From the NCBI GenBank assembly GCA_964592225.1, contig CAZQCO010000010.1:142-64141 (forward strand): a stretch of DNA of 64,000 nt. The letters run 5' to 3'. The DNA comes from an uncultured Bacteroidales bacterium. Lineage in GTDB: Bacteria; Bacteroidota; Bacteroidia; Bacteroidales; UBA10428. Below are positions 15,924-25,648 of this stretch, in pieces. Position numbers and translations under genes: made by a program. Each line of letters starts with the position of its first letter. The stretch's first letter is position 1. The notes beneath the pieces were generated by a model. It worked only from the letters and a program-made list of their open reading frames with translations. It ran no database searches and was not told the origin of the DNA.

Positions 15924-18018
15924 GGGTTTTATTCTTTTTTGTGGTTCCCTTGCTAAAGATTATAATACGTGAAGTATTCATAGCATGGCTGCTTATTACA
16001 CGTAATAAAGTTATTATTTCAAGGTGAGTTTTACTGCTTGAAATGGTGCTTTCCACCTTATCTTTCAGACGATCGTAGTGTTGTTGTTCCAGTTCAAAAT
16101 ATTCCTCTCTGTATTGATTGTACTGCAATCGTAAGCGCTTGGCGGTTTTTAGGTCGAAATCTTCAAAAACCTTCAGCGATTGTATAATAATATTCAATGT
16201 ATGCTCGTGATAATGTATAATTTCATTCTTTCCTTCCTGAGAGAATTGATACGGGTTGTTGCACCAGCTATAAGCTTTCTCCATTAACTGGTGAGAATTG
16301 ATATCAGCAATTTGTTCAAATTCACGTACGGCATTCATCATCATAAAAGCTTCCTGGGTAATATCGGCAGCTAAATTGTTCTGCGTTATTTTAATTAAAT
16401 AATCAACAATGCGATCGCGCAGAAAATTGATCTCATTTTCGGTGTATTCTATTTCGTGTAAAATTTCAGATTTCTTATCAAGAAAAGGGCGAATGATTTT
16501 TTCAGTCATATAGTAGACTTTTTTTATCATCCGGACCAATTCGAGCCGGGCGACATTAATTGCCAGTACTGGAGTTTTAAGCAGGTTATTATCGAGATAG
16601 CGTACTTTGAAAGGCTCCTCTTCTTCAAACCTGGTAGGGTAGATCCAATTAATGAAGCGGGAATAAGTATTAGTAATTGGAATAAAAAGGGAACAAAGAA
16701 CGATATTATAAATAGTATGCGCATTGGCTATTTGCCTCGGACTGGCAATTAGCTGAACCTGATTTATACCTGTTGTAGTGGACTCGTATGTGATTAAATG
16801 TATAAGCCTGATAAAAGAAGGAATAAAAAAAACAAAAATAACTGCTCCGGTAATTTTAAACAGCGTGTGAGCCAGGGCAACTTGCTTTGCCTCCCTCGAA
16901 CCATTCAGAGATGCGAGAATAGCGGTTACAGAAGTGCCAACATTTGCTCCAATCAGGAGCGGTATAGCTGCATTGAGTGTTAGCAATCCCTGCATCGATA
17001 AAATGATAAGAATTCCAATAAAAGCACTGCTACTCTGAATCAAGGCGGTGAGTAATGCTCCGATGAGAATTCCTATGGCCGGATTTTGCAAATGGACAAT
17101 AATCTGTAAAAAGGGATCGTAGGTTCGCAGGGGGTGCATTGATTCGGACATGACATACATGCCATAAAAAAGGATTCCAAAACCGAGTATGGCTTTCCCT
17201 ATTTCTTTCACTCCCTGTTTGTGACCCATATACTGAATAGCCAATCCTGTTGCTACAAATAGAAGTGCATAATCGGTAAGTTTGAAAGCGATGATCTGGG
17301 CAGTAATGGTTGTGCCAATTGCAGCGCCAAGCATGACACCGATGGTTTGCCTGAACCTCATAAGTTTTGAATTAACAAAACTTATCAGCATTACATTTGT
17401 GGCACTGCTGCTTTGAATTACCATAGTAACCAAAGCGCCCAATCCCAGGGCAACAAATCGGTTATGAGTCAACTTGCTGAGAATACTTCGCATTCGGTTT
17501 CCTGCGGAGTTTTGCATTCCCTCACTCATCATACTCATCCCAAAAAGAAAAAGCGCAAGTCCTCCCGAAAGGCCTATTATTAATATAAAAACCCAGTTTG
17601 CTCTTCTTACATGAAGTTCAAATAGCTGCGGATTGCAATGCGCTTTTTCACTACACGTTACTAAAATCTCATAATCTCCTGATTCTTTGATCCTATCGAT
17701 GTGTACTGCGGCCATACCCATCGAATCGGTATAAACAGGATCTTTGATTTTAAAATCTGGAACCTCGGTACCGCTTTGATTTAGCAGTAAAAAGTGAATG
17801 GGAAAATTTACGGCAGGCTGGTTGATACTATCATAGATTCTTACTTTCAGTGGATAATTAAATGGATTGCCTGAACGTGTGTGCTGATTATTTCCGGAAA
17901 CAATCTCGATGGTATATTCAGTCAGTTGGCAATGATGACAGCTATCGTTCAAATCGGTACCACAAACGATACTAACTATAAAGAACAGGTGAAACCAGAC
18001 GAATAGAAATTTCAGCAC
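15898..18018 (-). CDS. Na+/phosphate (NaPi-II type) cotransporter family protein with N-terminal Ig-like extension and C-terminal PhoU-like domain
   Basis: 706 aa with a GTG start. The duplicated NaPi core contains LGAAIGTTITAQ and LIGANVGTSVTA. The helical C-terminal half resembles PhoU. Residues ~21-135 (IEIVSGNNQ...PLKVRIYD...PAVNFPIHF) look like a bacterial Ig-like domain. The gene overlaps ung by 26 nt. Confidence 0.85.
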   Translation of the reverse strand: MLKFLFVWFHLFFIVSIVCGTDLNDSCHHCQLTEYTIEIVSGNNQHTRSGNPFNYPLKVRIYDSINQPAVNFPIHFLLLNQSGTEVPDFKIKDPVYTDSMGMAAVHIDRIKESGDYEILVTCSEKAHCNPQLFELHVRRANWVFILIIGLSGGLALFLFGMSMMSEGMQNSAGNRMRSILSKLTHNRFVALGLGALVTMVIQSSSATNVMLISFVNSKLMRFRQTIGVMLGAAIGTTITAQIIAFKLTDYALLFVATGLAIQYMGHKQGVKEIGKAILGFGILFYGMYVMSESMHPLRTYDPFLQIIVHLQNPAIGILIGALLTALIQSSSAFIGILIILSMQGLLTLNAAIPLLIGANVGTSVTAILASLNGSREAKQVALAHTLFKITGAVIFVFFIPSFIRLIHLITYESTTTGINQVQLIASPRQIANAHTIYNIVLCSLFIPITNTYSRFINWIYPTRFEEEEPFKVRYLDNNLLKTPVLAINVARLELVRMIKKVYYMTEKIIRPFLDKKSEILHEIEYTENEINFLRDRIVDYLIKITQNNLAADITQEAFMMMNAVREFEQIADINSHQLMEKAYSWCNNPYQFSQEGKNEIIHYHEHTLNIIIQSLKVFEDFDLKTAKRLRLQYNQYREEYFELEQQHYDRLKDKVESTISSSKTHLEIITLLRVISSHAMNTSRIIIFSKGTTKKNKTHEPDKSTN

Positions 18019-18090
18019 GGATTCGGAATTTGTCTATAAAAATAGAATATTTTACAGACCAGACACTCTTCTGTACTCTATTAAAAATTA

Positions 18091-20496
18091 TTAATACCTG
18101 ATGCGTAATGTTCCAATGAAATTAATGCCGGGAGAAGCCACAGCCGTTGCAAAGGTTTTGTAGAAATTGTCCATGACATTTTCCAGGGCAAATTGAATGG
18201 AGATGTTCTGATCAATCTGATAATTCGTCCGGAAGTTAATTGTGTACCATCCCTGGAAGCCATATTTTGTAGCTTCTTCAGCATTATCCTCTCCGGTAGT
18301 TGTCATATCCTCAATTTTTTTCCAACCGCTGTAAGTAAAATAAAATTCATTAGTGAATTTTTTTATTTCGTAGCTTATATAAGCCATACCAAAAACAGGA
18401 GGAATGTGAGATAAGGGTTCATCCTGACTTAAATCGCGACCGTATGTATAATTCAATGTTCCTTTGAAACTTATATTGGAATTAAGATCGGAAATCAGGC
18501 TCAGGCTAAATCCATGGATGATCCCTTCGTTCGAATTATCGTTTACAAATGTTTTTAACCATTCTCCATCGTAGAACATTGTATCGGAACCATTTTCGAA
18601 AGTATAGGGAACACGAACAATAACATTAGTGAGGAAGGAAACAAAATAGTTGCCGTTTATTTGAATATATCCGTCGAACGTTTTTGAAATTCCTAACTCA
18701 GCGTTATAGGTATATTCCGGGTCGACATAGGGATTTGGGAATGTTATCTGGTCACCTTTGGCCCTGATCTTTGCCAGGTCATCCAGATTTGGGACCCTGT
18801 ATCCGGTAGAGAGTAACAGGCTTGTTTTCAGATCCTCCGACGGGAGAAAAATAAGTCCGAGAGAGCCGGTATAAGAACTATTCTGAATGGCAATCGATTT
18901 ATAGGGAATGGTATCGGATACAAAATCACTGTACCTGGCATTAAGATTAGAGTAACTGTATCTTACACCGATAGAAGTGATGAATTTACTGCTCAGTTCA
19001 CTTTTAAGGCTCAAATAGGAAGCATAAGAGGCTGTACTGCTACCATCATCGGGATATCTAGATAAGGCTCTCGACTCTTCCTCTGTTACAATGTTTCTCA
19101 TATAAGCTTCGGAAGCGATCCAGTTGAAATTGGTTTCAAAACCATAAATAAGCCGATGGCTTTTGCTCAGCTCTTTAATCATATCGATATTTAGTGTATA
19201 AATATTTACTTTCTCCAGTTGGGTTGTTTCACTATTACTCCTGTATTTTCTGTCGATACGGCTTTCCTGGATATTTTGATAAGAATTAGTAGCAGTTAAA
19301 TTATTGAAGAAGAAATTATTTGAAGTAAAAACCGATTTTAACGAGCCAAATATCCGGTTTTGCGGGCCATAATTCCATACAGCATACTTGAGATCGCCAT
19401 TGTCGCTTGTATCGTTGAGCATATCGTACCGGGGAATATCGGAGGATGTTGAATATTGCAGATTTGCAATCAGATCGACTTTTGAAGATGGTTTATATCG
19501 GAACTTTTGGAAAAAGTCAATCTGGCTGTATCCGGTATGTCTCTGAATATTGGGATCATCATTTTCGACAATTGAATCCATACCATTGATCCGCTCCATG
19601 TAGTAAAAACATTTGCCGTAATCTTCAAGAAAAGGATCGCGGCGCGTTCCCATCCTGATATCGCCATAATCAGCATAAGTAATACTTGTAAGTGATCCGA
19701 AATGCTTTGAAGCCACATTAAAGTTAATGTGTGTTTTCCATGAACTATTGGCTGAAGCAAGCTGTAAATAGGCCTCCGCATTTGTGATAAATTCTTCCTC
19801 TTCGCTGGCAAGTTGTGGATCGCGCGTTATATAATGTATCACTCCTCCAAGGGCATCGCTTCCGTACATTAAAGCATTCGGGCCATAAATAATTTCTGTT
19901 TTCTCCAGTATGGAATTATCGATGGTTATGGAATTCTGTAAATGTCCGCTTCTGTATATAGCGTTATTCATTCGTACGCCATCAATCACCAACAGTATTT
20001 TATTTGCTTCAAAACCTCGTAAAACAGGGCTGCCTCCACCTCCCTGCGATTTTTGTACCATAACATTTCCTGTCGATGAGAGTATATCTGCTGAGGTCTG
20101 GGAAGTGAGCAGTGTAAATTGTTTTGGGGTAATGACATCAATCATATGCGGTACAAATCGTTGGTTCTCCTGATATTTGGAGGCCGAGATCACATATTCA
20201 GGTAAGATAATCACTTTTCTTGTAAGGTGTATGGTTCCGGATGAAACAGCTTCTTTATATGTATAATTTACACGTACAAATGATGGATGTTGAAAATTAA
20301 GGGTATCCGATTCGGAAAAATCATGTACAGAAGCTTTTCCGTTTTCATCGGTTAAAATAGATTTTGTCCCGGTCTGATTAAAAATTGCGACGTGTTCGAT
20401 GGGTTCATATGTGGTAGAGTTTATAATCTTAATTTCCTGTGAATATGATAAATAGGAAATGATACTACCAATTAGTAGAATAAAAACAGCTCTCAT
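18091..20496 (-). CDS. TonB-dependent receptor with N-terminal carboxypeptidase-regulatory-like domain
   Basis: 801 aa with a signal peptide. The plug region reads SPVLRGFEANKILLVIDGVRMNN...LGGVIHY. A long beta-barrel region ends in GTLRIRY. Confidence 0.9.
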   Translation of the reverse strand: MRAVFILLIGSIISYLSYSQEIKIINSTTYEPIEHVAIFNQTGTKSILTDENGKASVHDFSESDTLNFQHPSFVRVNYTYKEAVSSGTIHLTRKVIILPEYVISASKYQENQRFVPHMIDVITPKQFTLLTSQTSADILSSTGNVMVQKSQGGGGSPVLRGFEANKILLVIDGVRMNNAIYRSGHLQNSITIDNSILEKTEIIYGPNALMYGSDALGGVIHYITRDPQLASEEEEFITNAEAYLQLASANSSWKTHINFNVASKHFGSLTSITYADYGDIRMGTRRDPFLEDYGKCFYYMERINGMDSIVENDDPNIQRHTGYSQIDFFQKFRYKPSSKVDLIANLQYSTSSDIPRYDMLNDTSDNGDLKYAVWNYGPQNRIFGSLKSVFTSNNFFFNNLTATNSYQNIQESRIDRKYRSNSETTQLEKVNIYTLNIDMIKELSKSHRLIYGFETNFNWIASEAYMRNIVTEEESRALSRYPDDGSSTASYASYLSLKSELSSKFITSIGVRYSYSNLNARYSDFVSDTIPYKSIAIQNSSYTGSLGLIFLPSEDLKTSLLLSTGYRVPNLDDLAKIRAKGDQITFPNPYVDPEYTYNAELGISKTFDGYIQINGNYFVSFLTNVIVRVPYTFENGSDTMFYDGEWLKTFVNDNSNEGIIHGFSLSLISDLNSNISFKGTLNYTYGRDLSQDEPLSHIPPVFGMAYISYEIKKFTNEFYFTYSGWKKIEDMTTTGEDNAEEATKYGFQGWYTINFRTNYQIDQNISIQFALENVMDNFYKTFATAVASPGINFIGTLRIRY

Positions 20497-20649
20497 GGAT
20501 AATATTTTTTAGGTCAAACAAACAGTGGGTTTTCAGGGCTTGAAAATCACTTTTAATTACAAAAATCGCGCCATATACCACAAGTATTTTTACCTGTGTA
20601 TTCATTTTATTTGTTAGTAAGTCAGGAATAGCTTAAAAGATGTTTTAAT

Positions 20650-20657
20650 TAAATTTG
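20650..20657 (+). promoter_or_regulatory. Candidate -7 promoter box TAAATTTG
   Basis: Matches TAnnTTTG and lies 22 nt upstream of the ATG at 20680. Confidence 0.5.
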
Positions 20658-20679
20658 ATAAAGAGAGAAACAAGCATTT

Positions 20680-23454
20680 ATGCCAAAAAGGGTAATAATA
20701 TTCACTACAGTGCTTTTGTTAGCAATTGTGGTTATAATAGGATTTCGATTTGTACACCGGAAAAGCAAATCGTTGTCCAATCCTTTTCAGGCGATTCCTA
20801 CTGATGTTGCATTTGTTTTGCAGATTAATGATTTTCATGGTCTGGCAACCAACCTGTTTGGGAAAAATAAAGTATTTGGCAGTTTGAAAACAATTTCGCC
20901 CTTCAAAGAATTAACAAACAACATTAAGTATATCGATTCTTTGGCGTTACAGGTTAATAATTTGGCTGAATTCCTGTTTCGGAACAGGATTTTCATTTCA
21001 GGGCATTTCATTGGCGGACGAAAGACTGAATTTCTCTTTCTGATTGAGCATTCCCAAGGTGAAAATGAAAAATATGCTATTGAGGTACTGGCAGATATCA
21101 CAGGACAGACTATTAAAAAAACGGAAAGAAAGTATGAAGGAAAATCGATATATACACTAAAAATTCAGAACGATTCTCCTGTTACTTATTATATTTCGCT
21201 TCTCGAAGGGAATATTCTTGTAAGTAAATCGGTAATACTTATTGAAAATGCGATACGGCAGTATAGCCTGCCCAATTCACTGTTAACTGAAAAGGAGTTT
21301 GTTGAGATCATATCAACGGCCGGGAAGAGTAAGGAAGCCAATCTATTTATTGATCTGCGTAAGTTTAATGAAATGACCTCGGCAATTGCCAGTGATGAAT
21401 TTAATAAAAAGATAAAGGGCTATACTAATTTTGGAGGATGGATGGAACTTGATATGAATTCGACAGAAAAACTGCTTTTTCTGAATGGATTTCTAACATC
21501 AGGGGATCAGCAAAAAAGCTTTAATTCCATTTTTTCGGGAAATGATCCGGTAAATATTTCGGTCGATAAAATACTTCCTGCTTCTGTTTCTTCATTTGTA
21601 TCAATAGGTGCTGAAAACCTGGACAGGCTTCATGAGCAATATTTGCTTTACCTTAAGGAGGAGGGTAAGTTTGATGCGAGGAAAACCCGGTTGACGAAGT
21701 TGGAGAATAAATATAATCTTCGGTTTGAGGAAATATTTCTTTCCCTTATCGATAAAGAAATATCGGTGGCATACGGAGGTATTAAAGAAGGAACGTTAAA
21801 TGATCCCTCGGTATACGTTCTGATGAAATGCAGAAGTGGGACACAGGCAGAAAAAAAATTAAAAGAAATTATCAATAAAACTGGAAGCATTACGGGCAAA
21901 ACATATTCCCAGCTCACAAGCACATATATTATAGATGCAGACACAAAATATACATTGGTCGAGTTTCCGCTGGAGGATATAACCGGCTTGCTTTTTGGTG
22001 GTTTATTCTCAATATCAGGCAAAAGCTACTATACCACCATAGGAAATTATCTGGTTTTTGCCGACTCAAAAAATGCTCTTGGAGAATTTATTTATAACAA
22101 TATTCTTAGCAAGACTCTTTCTACCAATGAGTCGTATAAAGCATTTAACAATAACAGAGCTCAAAATTCCTTTTTGATTTTTTATACCAATTTAGGTCGC
22201 TCTTCACGGGTATTCAACAGATTTCTTCATCCTGATATTATTGAAACCTGGGAAAAAAATTACGATCTTTTTCAGCGTATACAACCTCTGGGAATGCAAA
22301 TTACAGAAGTTAGCGGAATGAATTATTGCAACCTGACTGTTCAGTATCTTGATGATTTCAAAGGTAAACCACAAACTACCTGGGAGAGCTTACTTGATAC
22401 TGCTTTCATATGTAAACCTCATCTTGTGGAAAACCATTATTCCAAGCAAAAAGAAATTTTCATTCAGGACTTAAGCAATACCATTTATTTGATAAATAAA
22501 GCAGGTAGAATTTTATGGAAACAAAAGATCACAGAGCCGATCAACTCAAAAGTATATCAAATCGATTATTATAAAAATGGAAAACTCCAGCTTATTTTCA
22601 GTACGGAGAATTATTTGCATTTGATCGACCGGAACGGGAATTATGTCGAAAGGTATCCGGTACGATTACGTGAACGGGCAACAGCAGGTATGGCATTATT
22701 TGATTATGAAAACAACCGGAACTATCGCATTTTTATACCCTGTGCCGATAATAAATTATATGCCTACACCAAGGATGGAAGTCTGATAAGCGGATGGATG
22801 TTCGAAGGAACGGATTATCCTGTTCTTCAGCCCCCTGAACATTTTCGGATTGAGGACAAAGATTTTATTGTTTTCGGCGATAAGTATTATGCATATATTC
22901 TCGACAGGAGAGGCAATGTAAGAGTACCGGTGGAAAGAATAATTTCAAAATCACCAAATAACCTATTTTACCTTGATGATAAAGGGAGCATTGAAAAATC
23001 GAGGATAGTTACTACCGATACAGCAGGTACCATCATAAAGATTGATTTCAACGGGCATGTTACTTCTACATTGCTTGGTAAGTATTCCAGCCAGCACTTC
23101 TTTGATTTTAAAGATATAAATGCTGATGGACAGAAAGATTATATTTTTCTGGACGGTAATATTCTTGCAGCATTTAATATGGATAAGACCGAGATTTTAA
23201 ATTTCAGTTTTTCCAACGATATAAAGCAAACTCCTATTTATTTTAATTTTTCCTATTCCGACAGGAAAATAGGAGTTGTTGATGATACAGAACATAAAAT
23301 CTACCTGTTGAATCAGGATGGCTCACTTTTTAAAGGTTTTCCCCTCGAAGGGTCGACACTTTTCAGTATTGGATATCTTGAAACTCAGGATGGTGTATTC
23401 GACCTGATTGTAGGAGGAAGAAATAACTTTTTATATAACTACTCCGTACAATAA
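20680..23454 (+). CDS. Membrane-anchored DUF3352-like protein with C-terminal 7-8-bladed beta-propeller-like repeats
   Basis: 924 aa with an N-terminal hydrophobic segment (VIIFTTVLLLAIVVIIGF). The N-terminal region is paralogous to the ORF at 5434-7434. The C-terminal ~350 aa contain repeated units such as IYLINKAGRILWK, LHLIDRNGNYVERYP, LYAYTKDGSLISGW, AYILDRRGNVRVP and IYLLNQDGSLFKGFP. Confidence 0.7.
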   Translation: MPKRVIIFTTVLLLAIVVIIGFRFVHRKSKSLSNPFQAIPTDVAFVLQINDFHGLATNLFGKNKVFGSLKTISPFKELTNNIKYIDSLALQVNNLAEFLFRNRIFISGHFIGGRKTEFLFLIEHSQGENEKYAIEVLADITGQTIKKTERKYEGKSIYTLKIQNDSPVTYYISLLEGNILVSKSVILIENAIRQYSLPNSLLTEKEFVEIISTAGKSKEANLFIDLRKFNEMTSAIASDEFNKKIKGYTNFGGWMELDMNSTEKLLFLNGFLTSGDQQKSFNSIFSGNDPVNISVDKILPASVSSFVSIGAENLDRLHEQYLLYLKEEGKFDARKTRLTKLENKYNLRFEEIFLSLIDKEISVAYGGIKEGTLNDPSVYVLMKCRSGTQAEKKLKEIINKTGSITGKTYSQLTSTYIIDADTKYTLVEFPLEDITGLLFGGLFSISGKSYYTTIGNYLVFADSKNALGEFIYNNILSKTLSTNESYKAFNNNRAQNSFLIFYTNLGRSSRVFNRFLHPDIIETWEKNYDLFQRIQPLGMQITEVSGMNYCNLTVQYLDDFKGKPQTTWESLLDTAFICKPHLVENHYSKQKEIFIQDLSNTIYLINKAGRILWKQKITEPINSKVYQIDYYKNGKLQLIFSTENYLHLIDRNGNYVERYPVRLRERATAGMALFDYENNRNYRIFIPCADNKLYAYTKDGSLISGWMFEGTDYPVLQPPEHFRIEDKDFIVFGDKYYAYILDRRGNVRVPVERIISKSPNNLFYLDDKGSIEKSRIVTTDTAGTIIKIDFNGHVTSTLLGKYSSQHFFDFKDINADGQKDYIFLDGNILAAFNMDKTEILNFSFSNDIKQTPIYFNFSYSDRKIGVVDDTEHKIYLLNQDGSLFKGFPLEGSTLFSIGYLETQDGVFDLIVGGRNNFLYNYSVQ

Positions 23455-23474
23455 ATGAATTAAAAAATACAGTC

Positions 23475-24128
23475 ATGAAACTGATTAAATTTACGCCTTT
23501 ACTACTCCTTATTTTCAGCGTTATAACCTGTATTGAGGATACCATTCAACTGGAAGATGTATCCCCTGAAATGAATGTTACGAAGGAACTTGCCTTTCCT
23601 GCAATTAATATTTCTTTGAAGTTTGATGATATAGCCGGACATGGTTATGATTCTTTAATTTTTAGGAGTGGCGATACGATATTTCTATACCTGCTGGAAG
23701 ATATCAGGCTGGAAGACACAATAGAATTGGGCGGAATAGGAGAAAATATGGAATTTGTTTTTTTGAATTTGCATTATAAAATAACCAATTATTTTCCAGT
23801 TGGGCTGGACTTAAAGTTATATTTATATGATGATGCTACCGGGCAAAATATTGACACCATTTGGTTTAGCGATCCGAATGAACTGTTTATTGACCCTGCA
23901 CCCAGCGATGTCAACGGATTAGCGATTGACGATCAGGTTGTAACAGATAGCAGTTATATTGCCTTGTCGCAAAATGTACTGGATAATTTATTCAATGAGA
24001 CTACCCAATTAGTTCTTTTTATCGAGGTGCCCTCAACAGGAGGATTTGTTAAAGTTTTGAATACTAGCAGGCTCAATATTCATTTCGGAATTGATGTGCA
24101 ATGGAGAAACGTATCGGATGATAACTAA
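23475..24128 (+). CDS. Putative lipoprotein, function unknown
   Basis: 217 aa. The signal peptide ends in FSVITC (lipobox Cys19). It starts 20 nt after the upstream stop. The C-terminus is ...NVSDDN. Confidence 0.6.
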   Translation: MKLIKFTPLLLLIFSVITCIEDTIQLEDVSPEMNVTKELAFPAINISLKFDDIAGHGYDSLIFRSGDTIFLYLLEDIRLEDTIELGGIGENMEFVFLNLHYKITNYFPVGLDLKLYLYDDATGQNIDTIWFSDPNELFIDPAPSDVNGLAIDDQVVTDSSYIALSQNVLDNLFNETTQLVLFIEVPSTGGFVKVLNTSRLNIHFGIDVQWRNVSDDN

Positions 24129-24143
24129 CAAAAACGCGGACCT

Positions 24144-25616
24144 ATGAACCAGAAAAAGACATCACTGATTTTACTGATACTGATTATGGCCACCCTTGGG
24201 GTTACGGCTCAGAGTAACACGATGTATTATCTTACCGGGGCGCCACAGTCATACAGGCTTAATCCGGCAACCCAGCCCCAATGCAGGTTTTTTCTTGGGC
24301 TCCCGGTTGTAAATTCATTTTACATGGAAACCTATAATACCTCGTTTGGAATTACCGATATGTTATGGAACGACCCGGAAACCGGACAGGTTATTTATCC
24401 ATTTCATTCCGATGCTGCTTTGGATGAGTTTTTAGGCATGTTAGATGATGAAAATACCCTTTCGCTTGATCTGGCAATTAGCCCGATTTCGATGGGTCTG
24501 GGAATTAAGGAGATGTATTTTACTTTCGATATAACTTTCAAAATAGATCAGGGCCTTTACTATCCAAGTGATTTTTTCCCTGTATTTATACCTCGTATCC
24601 CTGATGGATCAACTTTCGATTTTAGTAGCCTGGGATTCCAGGTAACCAGTTATGTTGAATATGCTTTTGGAGTTTCACGCAAGTTTATGGATGATATGTT
24701 GCAGGTTGGTATCAGGCCTAAATTAATTACAGGAATTGGGACTATATCTTCAACGGACAACAATATTACCTTGGATGCTTCCACTGATATTTATGAGCTT
24801 AATTCACAGATGGAACTTCAGATATGTGCTCCGGGATTTATTTTACCTTTGGATGAAGAAGGCGATTTCGATCTTTCGGAAGGATTTATATTTGATTCTA
24901 CTCTCTCTTCAGTTTCCGATTACAGGAAATTGTTTATGACAAACAAAGGTTTAGGAGTGGACATTGGAGTGCATGTTAAACCTATCGAAGGATTAACTCT
25001 GTCGGCAAGTCTTATCGATTTAGGGTATATAAAATGGAAAGAATATGTTCACACGTTAACTCTTGAAGGTTCAGTAGAATTCAATGGGATTGATATACAA
25101 ACGGATTCAGATACCAGCGATTTTGCCGAAAATTTACTGGATTCAATTACCAATAGTTTTGATTTTCATACCACTTCTGGAGAACCCTTCAAAACAAGCC
25201 TTGAGCCTAAATTATTCATTGGAGGATCATACGCTTTACTGCCTAAGTTGGATGTTGGACTGCTTTCCCGTTTCGATTTTACGAAATCAGGTACAAAAGC
25301 CAATGTAATGATACATGCTAACTGGCATCCTTCCAGTGCTTTCAATCTTACTGCTAACTATAGTCCTTTTGGTGGCCGTGCTTCAACATTTGGTTTGGGT
25401 TTCGCAGTCCGGGGAGGTCCAATCAGTTTTTATACGGTGGCTGACTACAGGGCTTTCAGATACAATCTTTATAAGTATGAATCGATACCTGTTTTTTTGG
25501 CTCCTTCAAACCGACATAGATTTAACATTCAGATTGGTTTTAATCTTGTATTCGGATGTAACATGAAAAAGAGACTGATGAAAGATAAGCCCATGTATTT
25601 TTCCGATGATAATTAG
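24144..25616 (+). CDS. Outer-membrane beta-barrel protein, PorP/SprF-like (possibly DUF5723, from memory)
   Basis: 490 aa with a signal peptide (GVTAQS). The mature N-terminus, NTMYYLTGAPQSYRLNPATQP, resembles the PorP/SprF N-terminal Y..[LI]NP motif. The last beta-strand, IQIGFNLVF, is followed by a 20-aa basic tail ending in SDDN. Confidence 0.6.
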   Translation: MNQKKTSLILLILIMATLGVTAQSNTMYYLTGAPQSYRLNPATQPQCRFFLGLPVVNSFYMETYNTSFGITDMLWNDPETGQVIYPFHSDAALDEFLGMLDDENTLSLDLAISPISMGLGIKEMYFTFDITFKIDQGLYYPSDFFPVFIPRIPDGSTFDFSSLGFQVTSYVEYAFGVSRKFMDDMLQVGIRPKLITGIGTISSTDNNITLDASTDIYELNSQMELQICAPGFILPLDEEGDFDLSEGFIFDSTLSSVSDYRKLFMTNKGLGVDIGVHVKPIEGLTLSASLIDLGYIKWKEYVHTLTLEGSVEFNGIDIQTDSDTSDFAENLLDSITNSFDFHTTSGEPFKTSLEPKLFIGGSYALLPKLDVGLLSRFDFTKSGTKANVMIHANWHPSSAFNLTANYSPFGGRASTFGLGFAVRGGPISFYTVADYRAFRYNLYKYESIPVFLAPSNRHRFNIQIGFNLVFGCNMKKRLMKDKPMYFSDDN

Positions 25617-25624
25617 TACATTTG
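25617..25624 (+). promoter_or_regulatory. Candidate -7 promoter box TACATTTG
   Basis: Lies 24 nt upstream of the ATG at 25649. The TTG start at 25622 in the ORF track lies inside this box. Confidence 0.5.
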
Positions 25625-25648
25625 CAACTTCATGAATCGTTAATTCAG

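Noticed and set aside
18019-18090. Near-consensus promoter box TATTTTTA upstream of the Na/Pi cotransporter gene, and similar one-off variants upstream of PBP1A (TACATTTA).
   Set aside because: They deviate from TAnnTTTG at the conserved final G. Reporting them would be over-calling in AT-rich spacers.
20497-20679. Possible cobalamin riboswitch upstream of the TonB-dependent receptor (18091-20496). The minus-strand leader contains cccactg, reminiscent of the GCCACTG B12-box core.
   Set aside because: The leader is AT-rich, short, and lacks the other conserved GC-rich helices and motifs of cobalamin riboswitches. A single 6-nt resemblance is not evidence.
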